Source: Octopus sinensis (taxonomy: Eukaryota). From it: a stretch of DNA of 64,000 nucleotides. Position 1 is the stretch's first letter. The number at the start of each line of letters is the position of its first letter. Positions 39,452 through 53,768 of the stretch are shown in pieces. The stretch is taken from NCBI RefSeq assembly GCF_006345805.1, contig NC_042997.1, positions 65,720,001 through 65,784,000 of the forward strand, read 5' to 3'. Under the pieces are notes generated by a model. That model saw nothing but the letters and a program-made list of their open reading frames with translations. It did not search any database and was not told where the DNA came from. The translations under genes and the position numbers were made by a program.

Positions 39452-39598
39452 ATCCTTTATGAAATTCACTTACAAGGCTATGGTCGGCCCGAGGCTATAG
39501 TAGAAGACACTTCCCCAAGGTGTCACGCTATGGGACTGAACCCGGAACCATGATTGGGAAACAATCATCTTACTACACATCCATACCTGCGCCTATAT
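39440..39598 (-). mobile_element. SINE family A head and core
   Basis: CAAGGCTATGGTCGGCCCGAGGCTATAGTAGAAGACAC homology. Confidence 0.8.
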
Positions 39599-39789
39599 CT
39601 AACTTCATTCGCCCAATTTTCATCCACACGAAACCAAAACTCTCACCTCAACACCAGCTATACACTGAAGAGAACTATCAATCTGATCGAACCTAGAGTT
39701 TTTATTAATGATTTTTGATGCTTACAATCAACTTCTCTTTGATTATTCACATCTTCGATGTTCGCTTGTTTATATATTCTTTTATTCTT

Positions 39790-40152
39790 TTACTTATTTC
39801 AGTCATTTGTCTACGGCCATGCTGGAGCACCGTTTTTAATCGAACAAATCGACTCTAGGACTTATTTTTTGTAAGCCTAGAACTTATGCTATCGGTCTCT
39901 TTTACCGATCCGCTAACACAGACACACAAATACATACATGTGTGTGTGTGTGTTAGCGTGTGTATATTTATATACATATATATATACGATGTGCTTCTTT
40001 CAGTTTCCGTCTACCAAATCCACTCGGAAGTCTTTGGTCGGCCCGAACCTATAGTAGAAGACACTTGCCCAAGGTGTCACGCAGTTGGACTGAACCCGGA
40101 ACCATGTGGTTGAGAAGCAAGCTTCGTACCACATAGCCACTACTGCGCTTGT
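39790..40152 (-). mobile_element. SINE family A, full structure with internal deletion
   Basis: Head, core, microsatellite and tail are all homologous to 8535-8974. Confidence 0.8.
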
Positions 40153-40175
40153 ATGTCAAAACTTGTATGTCTAGA

Positions 40176-41477
40176 CTAGCAGAAATACCCGCCGTTGCCC
40201 GGATTAACGAAAATAATGAAATTTTAAAATACCTTTTAGATTTCTGACGAACATGAATCATAGACTACGCAGGTCTCACCTATTAGTAGCCGAGATACCA
40301 ACTTTAAGCGTTAATAACCCGGCGTTTCCCAGGTTATTGAAAATAATGAAATTTAAGTATGCCTTTTAAATCTCTAACTAAAATAAAACATGGATTATGC
40401 GGTTCTCAACAGCTATTAGCTGAGGTACCAAATGTATATGTCAATAACATGTTTTGTCCGATGTTTTCACGGTTAAAATTGTTTTTAAAAAGCTGGTAGT
40501 TCTTTGTCTTTGCAATCACTTTCAACTGTCAGTACTTATTTGAAACACGTTGAATCTGAAAACGCATAAATTTGAGAAGAACTACTCTCCTGGTGCTCCT
40601 CTCTGGTGCTCCTCTCCTGTTAATAAATACATTTAACAAAAATTCTACCAGATGACGAGAGTATAAACAAACGTATTGAAACAAATCAGGAAATCAATCA
40701 TAGTTTAATTATCTACAGCTTCTAAATATACAATATTTTAAGAGAGTCCTTTAATTGGTGTATACAGGAACATCCAACTCGTGAACATCCTACATATAAT
40801 TGCCTATAAGAGAAACAAGGCGAAGTCCAACAACCTTGAGAGACTGGTCTTGAGATTTGTTTATTGACATAGTGAAACATAGTTTCACTGGGAACCGGAA
40901 CCGTTTGAATTCAAAGGAGAGGTCAAATGGCATTAACGGGATCCATGAAGTGAATTGTTACCTCTTTAACATGGTGGTGGTATTGGTAGTAATGGTATTA
41001 GTAGTATTTGTAGTATTAGTATTTCAGTTGTTGTGGTGATAGTAGTAAAGTAGAAGTGGTAGTGATTAGCAGTGATTGTAGTCGTTGTGGTGGTAGTAAT
41101 TATATATCAAGCAGACCTGTTGACATTGGAAAATCTTTACAGAAATGAACCTGTAAGTACAAATACACAAATGGGAAGCTGGAGAATATAAAAAAATGAA
41201 ATTATTTTTTTATCGGAAACCATCACAACTGTAATGATGTATACATCCATGTGTGTGTGTAAATAGCTGGTTACTTAGTTACTACATCAGAACGCCAGAC
41301 ACCGGAAGTTGACATTGACAAAACGGTTTGAAGAAGTGAATCTTTATTATATGTATAAAGCAATGTTATTTATTTTTAATAAAAAAAAAAACAAATCAAG
41401 TATTGTACAGAGTGGTCCAGAGGTTTGACCGTGCATAAAGGACAAACACACAGACAAACGTATTTTATATATATAGA
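40176..41477 (-). mobile_element. Non-autonomous Helitron
   Basis: Minus strand begins A|TCTATATATATAAAAT and ends with an imperfect GC hairpin (ATCCGGGCAACGGCGGGT) and CTAG|T; AT insertion site, no TSD; about 130-bp subrepeats at the 3' end. Confidence 0.8.
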
Positions 41478-41664
41478 TGATTTTACAAACGTTTGGAGGA
41501 AATTTTAACTCAATTTCACCTGGTAAAAGGTTAATTCTTTAACTCCAATTCACATATTGAGTGACTCATTTACTCAGTTAATGCATTATGTGTGTGTGCA
41601 TGTGTGCGTGCGTACGTGTGTGTGTGCGCGTGTGTGATTGTGTTGTGTGTGTAAATATAAATAA

Positions 41665-41703
<39 letters not shown>

Positions 41704-41727
41704 TATATATATATATATATATATACA

Positions 41728-41777
<50 letters not shown>

Positions 41778-41800
41778 TATATATATATATATATATATAA

Positions 41801-41836
<36 letters not shown>

Positions 41837-41848
41837 TATATATATTAT

Positions 41849-41931
<83 letters not shown>

Positions 41932-42073
41932 TACAGAGAGACAGATAGACAAGCAGTCAGTCAGACAGACAGATAAACAGATAGACAAACAGACAGAGGG
42001 AAGGAGAAAAGTGTATATATTACATATATTATTTTGTCCAAATCACTCTTACTTCTCTGAGTTTCACCTATAG

Positions 42074-42158
42074 ATGGACAGGGTCCTCAGGCAAATTATA
42101 TACACATAGTGGGAGAAAAAGAAAGAGAGAGAAAGACAGAGAGCTTGCTTTTGCAAAG
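42074..42158 (+). CDS. Candidate isolated 85-nt exon, product unknown
   Basis: Pyrimidine-rich acceptor ...tttcacctatag and donor AAG/gtaata; two frames open (GQGPQANYIHIVGEKERERKTESLLLQ or WTGSSGKLYTHSGRKRKREKDRELAFAK). Confidence 0.25.
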
Positions 42159-43777
42159 GTAATATGGTTTGGTTTTCATCTGTACAAATCCCATAACCAT
42201 TCGGGTATGTGTTTGAACTGTTGCTGAAGTCCATGTGGTGTTAAATTTGTCAATGCTGTGATCTTGTAAGAGCAATAAGTAGCTTGATAATGCTATTCAG
42301 TTTCATATGGTTTCACTACAGGCTTTTAAAAACACTGTCATAGATTATAACTTATGCTCTAAGGAGTTGTATGTCTTCTGGAACTACACAGCAGATTACT
42401 AGAACATTAATTAAGCTCTGAATAAATTTCCTAAGGAGCATATCTCTTAATTTTGACAGATGCAATTATCTTCCTTGCGTATTTGGATAAGTGTCCATTG
42501 AATTGGTTTATGGATTCTTGGCCTTAGAAACCAACTAGCTGCTATGACTGGTAATGCAGCGGCTGCTAACTTTTAAGTATTGCAAGTTAAATCATTTAAG
42601 AGCCAAAAATAAACATACTCTGCATTTCACCAATAATTGCACGCTTGCTCAGATTTATATGGCTTGTGTAATGACGGAAACATTCATCCTTGTCAAAAGA
42701 AACAAGCCCAAAATGAGAATTAATCTCTAATTGCCCCGAGGATTTTAAGTTCACTCTATCAAACTGAAGCCGAACTATCGAATCAAACTCAACAAGCCAA
42801 AACACCTTAGAAATTGGAATTCTGCAGCCCACTCTCTTTCGCATACATACTCACACACACATGTATCTGTATCTGTACGTGTGAAATAGTATGCGTGTGC
42901 GTGCGCGAGTGTGTGCGCGTGTGTGTGTGAGAGATAGAGAGTGTGTGTGTGTGTACTAATGGCTGTATGGGTATATAAATGGATATTTGTATACATGCAT
43001 ATATGACTAAGCGACGAATTTTCAGTCGAAAAAGCGGCATATTGAACGCCTTACAAGATTGGCTCCAGCACTTTGTAGTCTGTGTTCGATACCGACTGCA
43101 AGATTAGGGAGTAGATGATTGTGATGGTGGTGATTGTGGCGAAATTGAATGTCAAATGAGAGTCGAAATATAGAAACAAGAAAACTGAGATAATTAGAGT
43201 GAGAGGTGAGAGAAAGAGATGAAGAAATAAAGAGTCGATGAAAGACTGAAATTAAGTTATAGAAATCCAACACAACTTCTCAGAACATGGTAAATTCTTT
43301 CTGAACTAAAGAAGTGTTGCATTTCGCTGTTATGTTATGGCCTGTTCTGTTATGCTGTATTCGAAACCGGGCTTTGTTTTATCTTGTTAACGTTTTATTT
43401 CAGTCACTTGAGTCTGTTTGTTATTTCTTTAAACTAATTAGACAAACAAAATCTGTCTATGAATCCTAAATCAATTGAAGGAAATATTTGTCTTTGTTCA
43501 CAGCAGATCATTCGTTTTTCTGGGAACGTCGTTAATAAATAGTTCCTTTCATGCAGATTTATTCTTTTATTTAATTTATCAACTAAATTACTACTCTAAT
43601 GACTGATATTCACACTAAGCTATTGCTTTCTTTCTTTCTCTCGATTTTCATTCATATTTTATTTAATGTGTTGCTAATGGTTGTGGTAATGATGGGATGG
43701 TGATGATGGAACGACGGTGGTAGTAGCATAGCGGTTGGTAGTATGGAGGTTATAGAAACAACGGTAGCAGTTTTTGC

Positions 43778-43785
<8 letters not shown>

Positions 43786-43857
<72 letters not shown>

Positions 43858-43922
43858 TAGTAGTAGCAGCAGCAGCAGTAATGGTGCGAGAACTAGTGGT
43901 AGCAGTAGCATTTATGATTGTG

Positions 43923-43988
<66 letters not shown>

Positions 43989-44035
43989 TTGGTAGTGGCG
44001 GTGGCGGTGGTGGTGATGGCGGCACGAGAAGTTGT
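43786..44035 (+). repeat. (GTA)/(GCA)/(GTG) trinucleotide tract
   Basis: Direct reading. Confidence 0.9.
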
Positions 44036-44516
44036 GGTGGCGATGGTGATTGGAGTGTTTTATTTCAATATATTTCGAGACGAAAACAAATTTTTCCTTT
44101 TCTTCCTTGATCTCAATGTCTCCATGTGTCTATTGTCTACATAACCTTTGTGTATATGCGTTTCAAAGTGTTTCAGTGTGTTTATGTGAATTTTTGCGTC
44201 ACTTCATTTCCATCTCTATGTAAGTATATAACTGTATGCAAGAGTGTGTAGGTGTGTACGACCACAATATGATATAATGGGACCGTCCAATATCTATACG
44301 TTTCGTTATGTAAGTAGATGTATGTGTGTGTATGTGCGTGTGTGTGTTTCCGTGTGTGTATGTTTGTTTGTGTGAATATACGTGTTTCCGTGTGTGTACG
44401 TTTGTGTGTGAGTGAGTGTGTGTCTCCGTGTGTGTGTTTTTGTAAGACCGTGTATACTGTGTGCTTACGCCTGTTTTTGTGTACGTGTATGTGCGATTGT
44501 GTGTGTATATATATAC

Positions 44517-44547
<31 letters not shown>

Positions 44548-44955
44548 GTGTGTGTGTGTGTGTGTGTATTTCTGTTTTAATCTGTGTCCAAATATATGTT
44601 TGTGTCTGTGTGTAAATGTGTTAAAGAAATTATCCATCCACTGAATAAATACACAACTCAAATTAATATCATATTAAATACCTTCACGCTAGTCTGTTTA
44701 GTTTTCTAATCTTACAAAAGTTGTTCTTTTCTAGTTTTCTTTTAATGCCAAGACAAAAGAAAAGAACTGAGAAATTAAAAGACAGAGCGAGTCAAAATCA
44801 AATGGTCTCGAGTGAGTGAGTGAGTGAGTGAGTGGGGGGATAAGCAATACACACAGAGATAAGTAAAGATCGAAAGTATGAGAATGTAGGTGTAAAGGAG
44901 TGAGTAGGCGTGGAACAGGAGAAAAGACAGACTAATAAAGATGCCGACTATGCTG

Positions 44956-45012
<57 letters not shown>

Positions 45013-46074
45013 TACATATATATATATACACCTGCACACACACACACATATATTTCGTATATGACGTAATTTATTTCGCAAAAATATCTTTTAGATTTAA
45101 ATACTAATTTAACTGAATACTGCAAGAAAGCACCGAGTATGATATAAGCTTCCGGCGAGTCGTGGTTACAACGAAGTGGTTTCTTTTCCACTTTGACAGC
45201 CATTTCATTTTATTTTCGATTCTAATGCCTTTGGCTTCTCGACTTAGACGGCTACTACCTCACACTAGCAATGATCATTTGGTTGGGGTTTTTTTTGCGG
45301 GGGGGGGGGGTTTCTAAAAATATTCCGGAAAACTTCATTTCATTTAAAAACTTACAGTTCTTGTATTTCATGGTATGATATGGAAAATAGAGACGAGGTA
45401 AACGTAAATGGATAAGATATGAAATCTCTTGAAATCACAATTTCCTTATTAAGTCACATAAAGTTTTTTAGTCACTGATTTTACACGTTGTCAATACAAG
45501 TTTGAAATGGGTGACACCTCTTAGACACCTCTTATTCTAGTATAAAATGTTCAAAACGGAATGTTGCTTTTCTTTATGAAATCCTTACTAAAGTTAAAAG
45601 AAATCTGAGGTAGCAATTAATAATGTACTAACCAGAAGCGACATCTCAAGTATATTTAAATACCCATTGCCTTAATGGTGTTAATAAAAACAATACTGCT
45701 AGTAACGTCATGAACGCCGCCGGAACATCCATTTTTTTCTCGCACTCTAAAATATGAGGCTCTTGCGTTTAGTCAAGTCAAAAACGAAAATAATAATTTG
45801 ATTGGGAAATGTCGGCAAACAAACCAGAATCTAATTGCCGCGGATAATTTCTGAAAATCAATTATTAGTTAATCTGGCATGAGTAACCTGACAAATATTT
45901 ACTGTAAAGAGAGTTTGTTTCTGTTTTTTTTTCCAATTATTGTTGTTTTAGTCTTTATTTTATTAATATTTTGATGTTTATTCGGAAATGGAAGACCGTT
46001 AATATTACAAAAACTACAGAGTGACAGAACAAATGCCTTGAATTATTTACGCAATTTAACATTTCAGATTCAAC

Positions 46075-46445
46075 TTCCTGTGAGGTCAACTTTTACTGCC
46101 ATCACTCCGTTACCTATTACATGAATTCCATTAAAATGCAAGGATCGATTCAATGGCTCGTCTAATGACTTCAAGGGAAAATACATGCAGCATATGTATT
46201 CGCTTAGATCCAGGGATAGAGAGAATCCCACCTCTTCGTCTCGTTTCCTCGGGAGACTTCGGGACCATTTGAATAAAGCCCCAAACATCGAATGAACCAT
46301 CATAGACAAGGTCCTACCTTACTCACCCGGCGTCTGCAATTGCCAACTCTGTCTTCGTGAAAGCCTACATATTCTCCACCAGCCTGCAGCATCTATCAAG
46401 AGGAAATATGTACTATCTTATTGTTGCCATCAGAAGTTCACCCTC
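46075..46445 (+). pseudogene. Penelope-like element GIY-YIG endonuclease remnant
   Basis: Manual translation FKGKYMQHMYSLR..NPTSSSRFLGRLRD..PNIE(stop for W)TIIDKVLPYSPGVCNCQLCLRESLHIL..SIKRK..LSYCCHQKF fits the PLE pattern FK.RY..H..SF..ST.LS..W.II.....Y....C.LCL.E...I..N.R..C.H. Confidence 0.75.
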
Positions 46446-46846
46446 CTTTATATTATTATATGATTGAACGCCACGCATCCATTTCCAAGTAAGTAAGTTT
46501 ATATATATATATATATACACGCACACATGGGAATTTGAACATAAATGTGTCTGAGCTAAGGACTTAAAGGGACGTAAATGAATACGGTAAAATATTTAGA
46601 CCATTTTTCAAACAAAATCTGTTACTTACTCCATCGTTTGTCCCTTGTCTGAAGAATTAACAAGAGAAACCACTACGCAGGCTGTTTATCGACTAAAATA
46701 GCAACCAAATCCCCCTCAAATTTCATTCAATTATCTTTAAAACGAACGATAATGCATAATGTAGTCTTCAATAATATGTATTATATCTAGAATGCCTTTG
46801 ACTTGAAGATCTACGAGAATAATCTAGAATAATCTAAACGTTATTA

Positions 46847-47728
46847 TGTGGTCTGATCAATAAGTATCCAGACTGTTACCTTAGTAACAAAGCTAAAGCA
46901 CGCAGAGTGAAATCGCTTGGCACAGATTGATCTTGAACACTGTTGTGCATGCACACTAAGTTTGACTGTTCTGGCTCACTTCCGCTTGGAAGGAATGTGT
47001 GTAATGTATGATCGTCGCATTGACCATAACAGAGAAAGTTGAGCAGAGAATCAGCATCAGATTTTGCCAAACGTTTGGTGATACCTGCTCATAGAACTAT
47101 GCAAAGTTTTCAAAGCGTTTTCATCGTTCTCGACCCAATCAAGGAGACCTTGTGCAACTGAAACCAGAGTGTCTTTTTGCTCAGCTGAGAGCAGTTTTGG
47201 CGCAAACTTGGCAGACACGCAAATTTGGCATACCCAAATCTTCAATGCTATTGAACTGAACCGAACCGTAACTAATCTGCACATCCTCTGATAACTCATG
47301 GATGGTGATTCGAGGATTTCCCCTCACAGCTGCACTCACGTCTGCGATGTTTTTCTCAGTTCTGCTCGTTGCGGGCCTCCCAGAACGTTCGTCACTATCG
47401 ACATTTTTCGGCCAACTTGGAAACGTCTGAACCACTCGTACACTTGTGTGCGACTCATACACTCCTCTCTATACACTTTCTGAAACCTTGCATAAGCTCT
47501 GAGCAGGTATCGATATGACAACTTTCTCTGTCAATGTCAACGCGACGATCACACGCTACACACGTTCCTTCCAAGCACTGCTGTAAGCAGCGAAAGTGAG
47601 CTAGAATGTTATAATGTAGTGAGCATGCACAGCTGAGTCCAAGAGCAATTTGTGCCAAGCGGCTTTACCCTGCGTGCTTTAGCTTTGTTATTATCGTGAC
47701 AGTCCGGATATTTCTTGATCAAACCTCG
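46847..47728. mobile_element. Mariner derivative made of two inward-facing 5' ends, TA TSD
   Basis: TIRs TA|TGTGGTCTGATCAATAAGTATCC and TA|CGAGGTTTGATCAAGAAATATCC; minus strand encodes transposase HTH (ECMSRTQVYEWFRRF, DERSGRP, AKFAPKLL); plus strand 47020-47115 encodes a second N-terminus (TEKVEQRISIRFCQ). Confidence 0.85.
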
Positions 47729-47882
47729 TATGTCTCACATCCACAACGCCCACATTTTGGAGAGAGGACAGGGTGATGAATTTAGTGTTTCAAAATCTGT
47801 GGGAACGCTCTTTGCAGCTAGAAATGAGGACGAAAAATATGGCTCCATTGTTTGTATTATACTTCTAATATGTTTTGAGCTG

Positions 47883-48090
47883 TAGGCGGAGTTGGCAGAA
47901 TTATTAGCACGTTCGGTAAAACAGCAGTATTTCTTTCTGTTTACGTTGTGAATTCAAATTCTGCCGAGGTCAGCTTTGCTTTCCACCCTTCCGAGGTTGA
48001 TAAAATAGTACCAGCCAAGTACTGTACATCAATGTAATCGACCTGTCCCCCTCCTCTTGAACTTGCTATCGTGTGCCAAAATTAGAAAGC
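47883..48090 (+). mobile_element. SINE family B
   Basis: Head and core recognisable. Confidence 0.75.
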
Positions 48091-48841
48091 TAAAAGAATA
48101 TACTTCGAATATTTAAAACTTTCTAGCACCAAGGTTGAATAAAGAAGGTTTATATAAATGCAAACTGTATTTTACGTTCTCGTTAATAAAGAACAGTCGG
48201 GGAGCAAAAAAATTCCCCTAATATTTATGAGTCGCCTAGTATATGTTACTTTGAGAACCGGTGAATTAAATCAACTCTAGTACATATTTCATCAATTGGA
48301 ACTGGTAAAATTGTAAACCCCAGCGAATTTGGAATGCATAGCGTCATATCAATCATTATGATATACATCGAATGGAAGGTTTTGTTTCAGTTTTCTTATT
48401 TTTATATTCCTTTTTTTTTTCATTTTTCTTTAATTTTTCACCCAAATTTGAAAATAGGTTGAGAAAGAGTGGGGTACGATGGAGCGAGGTGGTGTAAGAA
48501 AAGATTTTGCCAGAGAAATTAAGAGCTAATATGAAAAAAAATTGATTGATTGATACTGGATACAATCCAGTTTACATGTTATATACTTTCCTTTAAATAG
48601 AAAAACCTACATACCTATTACCATATATATTTATCTTAATAGACAATCATACAAAGGCGCGAATGCATAGTCACGACTATCCTCATCATATATATGTATA
48701 TATATATTGGTATATATATATGCATATATATACCAATATATATATATATATATATATATGCATATATATATATACCAATATATATATATATATATATATG
48801 CATATATATATATACCAATATATATATGTATATGTGTGTGT

Positions 48842-48879
<38 letters not shown>

Positions 48880-49017
48880 TTATTGTGTGATTTTAAGAGT
48901 ATTTAGCAAGTATTTCCATCCATTCGAGTGCTCGTAGATGGATTCGTGAAACTTCAAGTTTTGACTACATTAGTGACGCAGGTTGTTGTTGTTGCTTGTC
49001 GTTTTTGCACTTCTTCT

Positions 49018-49049
<32 letters not shown>

Positions 49050-49911
49050 TTCTCCTCCTCCTCCTCCTTCTATGTCTTTTCTTCTTTTTCTCTTTCTTCT
49101 TCTTACTCTTGCTTCTGCTTACCTCCGGCTCAGTTTTGATTCACCAGACCAATTATCAAAGACATTCCAACCATTGTCGTGTATCTGTTCAGTTCATGCA
49201 GTGTTGCACTGGGTTATGTTTTTTCTCATATATATTTAACAGGGTAGGAAATTAAGTTGTTATTTTTAGTGACCACTTCTAAATTCCCCTTTTGATTTGA
49301 ATACTTCAAATGAAATGGAATAGTGCCAAGCAAGTATTGAAACAGCTTAGTTGCCATCCGTTATCATGAATTTGCCTCTTGCTTTATTCTAATTACCAAA
49401 TGCTATGATTAAATATTGACGAAAAATAATATTCCAGCATCTAAGAAAAAAAAACTTATTTAAACACTCAATTTTAAATAACTGCAGACTTAAATGTAGT
49501 GAAACCTCGTCACTCAATATTGACACTAGAATATGTCAGTAACAAACGCCAAAAAATATGTACATACAACAAATCAAACGAACTCTGGTGCACCTATTTC
49601 ATAACACTCACATATACGCACAGAATATTAAAAAAGTCAGTTTGATCTACTGTACTTTTGAGAATAGTGTGCAAATTGTACTAAAGTTGCCAAAATTATG
49701 CCTCGCTTTGTGCATAAATCAGTAATGAAAGTTTTCAAGTGTCGACTTATTTGCTGGACCGCAAATATTTATGATTTATCAAATGATGTTTGCAGATAGA
49801 TAGACCATACGACTGTGTTAGTTTTTTTCAAATGAGATTAAATCCATTGATTATCAAGCATCTCTTAAATCACATATAACCCACCCTCTCTCTTTCTCTT
49901 TCTTTCTTCTC

Positions 49912-49947
<36 letters not shown>

Positions 49948-50155
49948 TTCTTTTTATGAGTGTGCATACACATATGTGTATATATGTATATATATATGTT
50001 TGTGTGTGTATGTATGTGTGGGTGCGTGTGCATATATCTATACCTATATCTAAACAGATGTAAACATATATAGCTATATAATATATACCAACGCACCGAC
50101 TCATACAAACACACACAGACACATACACATACACACATACATAGATATTTATATA

Positions 50156-50196
<41 letters not shown>

Positions 50197-53100
50197 TACA
50201 TATACGCATAAAACCATGTGTGTGAGAAGACAAATTGACACACGCACATAGGCACACATATATGCGGTGTGCTGTAAACCATACACTTCAATTGTTTCCA
50301 GATGCCAGTAAGCATCTATAAATGAAAAACAATCTAAAAGTAAACGCAGACAAAGATATTCTGGTTATTCAGATAGTTTACCCGTCTCTTCTGTAACACA
50401 TAACTGATGTCTAATAATTTATATCTAAATGAAGGAAATATCTCACATATTCACCAATAACTACTTAGTGGCAGTTTTTATTTTTGTTTACTTGTTTGAT
50501 TTTAAATTTTAGTTTCCAATATTTTCATTTTTTTTTTTTTTGCTTTTCTATAAATGTACATTTCTATGTGGTGTCAAATAATCTTATTCAACATATTGCT
50601 GTGAGATATCAAATAGTAATAAATATATTTATGTGTGGGATATTAAACAAGAATATATATATTTCTAAGATAATTCAATTACATAGCTTTTAAAAAAAGG
50701 AACTGCAAAAGTCAACCAATAAAAATAAAACTAATACAATGGATACAACACAGTGTACGACAATTGACAAATGATTATTGATCTCTGAAACTGGAAGAAG
50801 TATCCAGATTTATAGGAAACGGGAAAATATGATCCTCTGTTCTTCATCCTTCCCTCAAGGGCATTAACTGCATCAGGGAAGTTAAATGGCTTCAATTAAC
50901 GGAGCTATATTGGAAAATACCGAGGTTTCGGTTTCCATAGACAAACTCTATGTTCAAAACCGTCCGCAAATAAGACAAATTTAACCGGGAAGGATTCTCT
51001 TTCTCATTGCAAAATAATTAATTTCATTTGCATGCATTTTTGTATTAGTTGTAACTTATATGCTTAATTTCTAATACAAAATTCTGAGAAATTATTAATA
51101 GTTGAAAATGCGTTATTCGTTATAGTTACTCATCAGTTTTTCTACCTGTAACGTTTCTTATGTTAGATTTGTATTCTATGAACAGGTCTCTTTTGAAGTT
51201 AAAAATCTGAATGATTTCGTCCCTTCATTTTCCTCAATTTCATGATCTTTATTTCTGCTACAGACTGCAAATAATAATTTCGTATCCATGAGGACGGAGG
51301 GCACTTCAACACAGTCGGTTAGATCTATTAAAAAGACGAGTTGAACAATTTACGTTGTAGGTTTCCGCAATCGTTTCAAACTTCCGCATAAATAACACCA
51401 ATAACAATAATTTAGATATTTTCCAGAAGAAACTGAAAGAATGCTTTAGATTCTCACATGTTTATAGATTTTCTGAGATTACATTTAATGGTTAAATGTA
51501 TCGACTTTTCCCAATTTGATATTTGTTTCAAAATTTACAATTATCCAATGTTTTTCCTTACTAAGTATATACTGAATATTTCAGATTCTGGGGCTAACTG
51601 CGAAATGTTCCTTATACAAAATTTCTTTCCATTACTGAAACGTATATTGTTTTCTCTGTATTTTCTTTCTCTGTGCTCATTCTACTATTAGTTTCTTTTT
51701 CATATGACATTATATATTGTAGAAAGTTCACAAAATGTTATATGTTGGTTAACCTTTTCTGAGAAAAAGCTCTGTTCCAAAACGTCATACCTCCTGTTTT
51801 TCACAACAAACCAACGCATACCAATTATTCTTTTTTAACGTTTTTACTTTTATGAGCAGCTAAATACCCAGGTTACAATTTGAGTATACGACTTAAGGGC
51901 GAAAACTCATACAGGTCAATTTTACATACGAAAATGCACGAACTTAGAAAGTGTTAATGTCAGGTTTAGAACAGAGAAATTACCAATAATGCACGCAACC
52001 TCATTTTGAAGTACATCCAACAATATATAAATGATTAAGAAACTCTTGTGGATGTAGTGAGCTCCCAAAGATGAAAATCTCTTCCATGTAGCCTCTCTTA
52101 ACATCATGACAGGACACGGCTTCAGAAAGCTAACTATTGTTAGCTATAGTTTTTCCGTCCCTCGTTTCTTCCCATACATTTACTGAAGGAAAGATATGTA
52201 AACGAGCATAGACTATGAGGTTTATAATCATTTGCTAAATACAGTCATCTACTAAATGACTTCATAGTTTGAAGTAGATGAGAGACCAATCAGCCAACTA
52301 GTATTTTCACCACTAGATATAATGAAATTTAGGCCTTGCTTGATCCAACAGGATCCAGCATTTGCCGTATATTTGGCGGAATCTCTGCAAAAATTGTCCA
52401 ATTCTAGTCTTTTATTTAAATTTCAAAAGGTTACATTAGGGTGTTAAACGTCTCCGACAATCAAAATTCATGCTAGTCATGTAGGAATACGTTTGGTCCG
52501 TAACAGAGCAATCGATTTTTTGCTGTATATTTTGAAAAAAAAAAAACGTAGAACTAATGATTTGAGAAACCTTTCAGGGCACGGATGCACACCTTGAGCA
52601 CAAGAGAATGGTGACAGTTATATTATGAGAGGGACATTTCGACAGTTTTTACTCAAATGTCTACAAACAATACTAGGTTATGTTGCTCATTAGTGATAAT
52701 GGGAAGCAAGAATGGACGTTTCCAGTGTATCAAAAGGAAGGTAACTGCGGATAACGGAATTTTAGTATTGATGAATAACTGAAAATTTTTGTTTTCAATA
52801 TGTGAAACTTTTTCAGAGAATTACGTACAAATAATGTGATTTTAACCGACTGGTAGTTGTACATGCATATATGAGTATTGATGGAGGTTTCTGCAAGAAA
52901 TTTTCGATTCCAATCGTGCGTTTAAATTTCAAAAAAATACATTTTCAAAAATCATGCTATTCGTTGAGGGGCACGTATATTCTGTAACAGAACAATCGAT
53001 TCTATAATTATTAGTTTTATCATCCGTTAAATGCCATATATATTTCGACAGTATGGTAGCGAGGTATCTTTCTATGTGTTTGAAAGTAAACTTACGAGAA

Positions 53101-53569
53101 TGGATTTTTTCAATCAGCTATATTTGGCTTTTAGTTCCTCTGTTATTTACAAAACAATATTTAAATAAGTTAAATAAGTTTCAGACATTTCAAAAAGACA
53201 CATGCCACTGAGAATGCAGGTATTTGGACGTCTGTAATTAAATAGAAGAAATGGTTTGAGGCATTCGTATTTGAAAGTTTTCTTTTGTTTTTATTGGCAA
53301 TGAAAACTGCAATTTTTTATTGCAACTTATATAACATCTAATGTTTACGGGGAATATTTATCTATAAGTTTTAGGAAACTTATAGCAAAATTAGAGGGAA
53401 TATTTAAATTCTATGAATCATTATCGCTAGTAATATTCTGTTTCCTTTATTGATTTTTTTAGCTTCAATTGTTCTATACACCAAAAGGTCTAATTTTACA
53501 TTATACGAATAGAATGATATATCCCTCATATAATAGATTCACTCTGAAAAATGGACAGATAATCTTTTC

Positions 53570-53768
53570 TACTCTAAGCACAAAACCGAAAATTTGGGGG
53601 AGCGAGCCAGTTGATTAGATCGACCCCAGTACGCAACTGGTAATTCATTTATCGACCCCGAAAGGCACAGTCGACCTCGGCGGAATTTGAACTCAGAACG
53701 TAAAGACAGACAAAATACCGCTGAGCATTCCGCCCGGCATGTTAACGTTTCTGCCAGCTCGCCGCCTT
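53570..53768 (-). mobile_element. SINE family B
   Basis: Reverse-complement core and head (GTCGACCTCGGCGGAATTTGAACTCAGAACG). Confidence 0.85.

Noticed and set aside
41110-41160. Captured exon inside the Helitron (cag...gtaagt)
   Set aside because: No polypyrimidine tract and no recognisable peptide.
48645-48695. TGATGAG followed by an ATAGTC/GACTAT hairpin on the minus strand
   Set aside because: No GAAA after the stem; at most a heavily decayed motif.
52690-52745. Peptide NGKQEWTFPVY resembling an EF-hand-region motif
   Set aside because: In-frame stops immediately upstream, no acceptor, and the similarity is too short.
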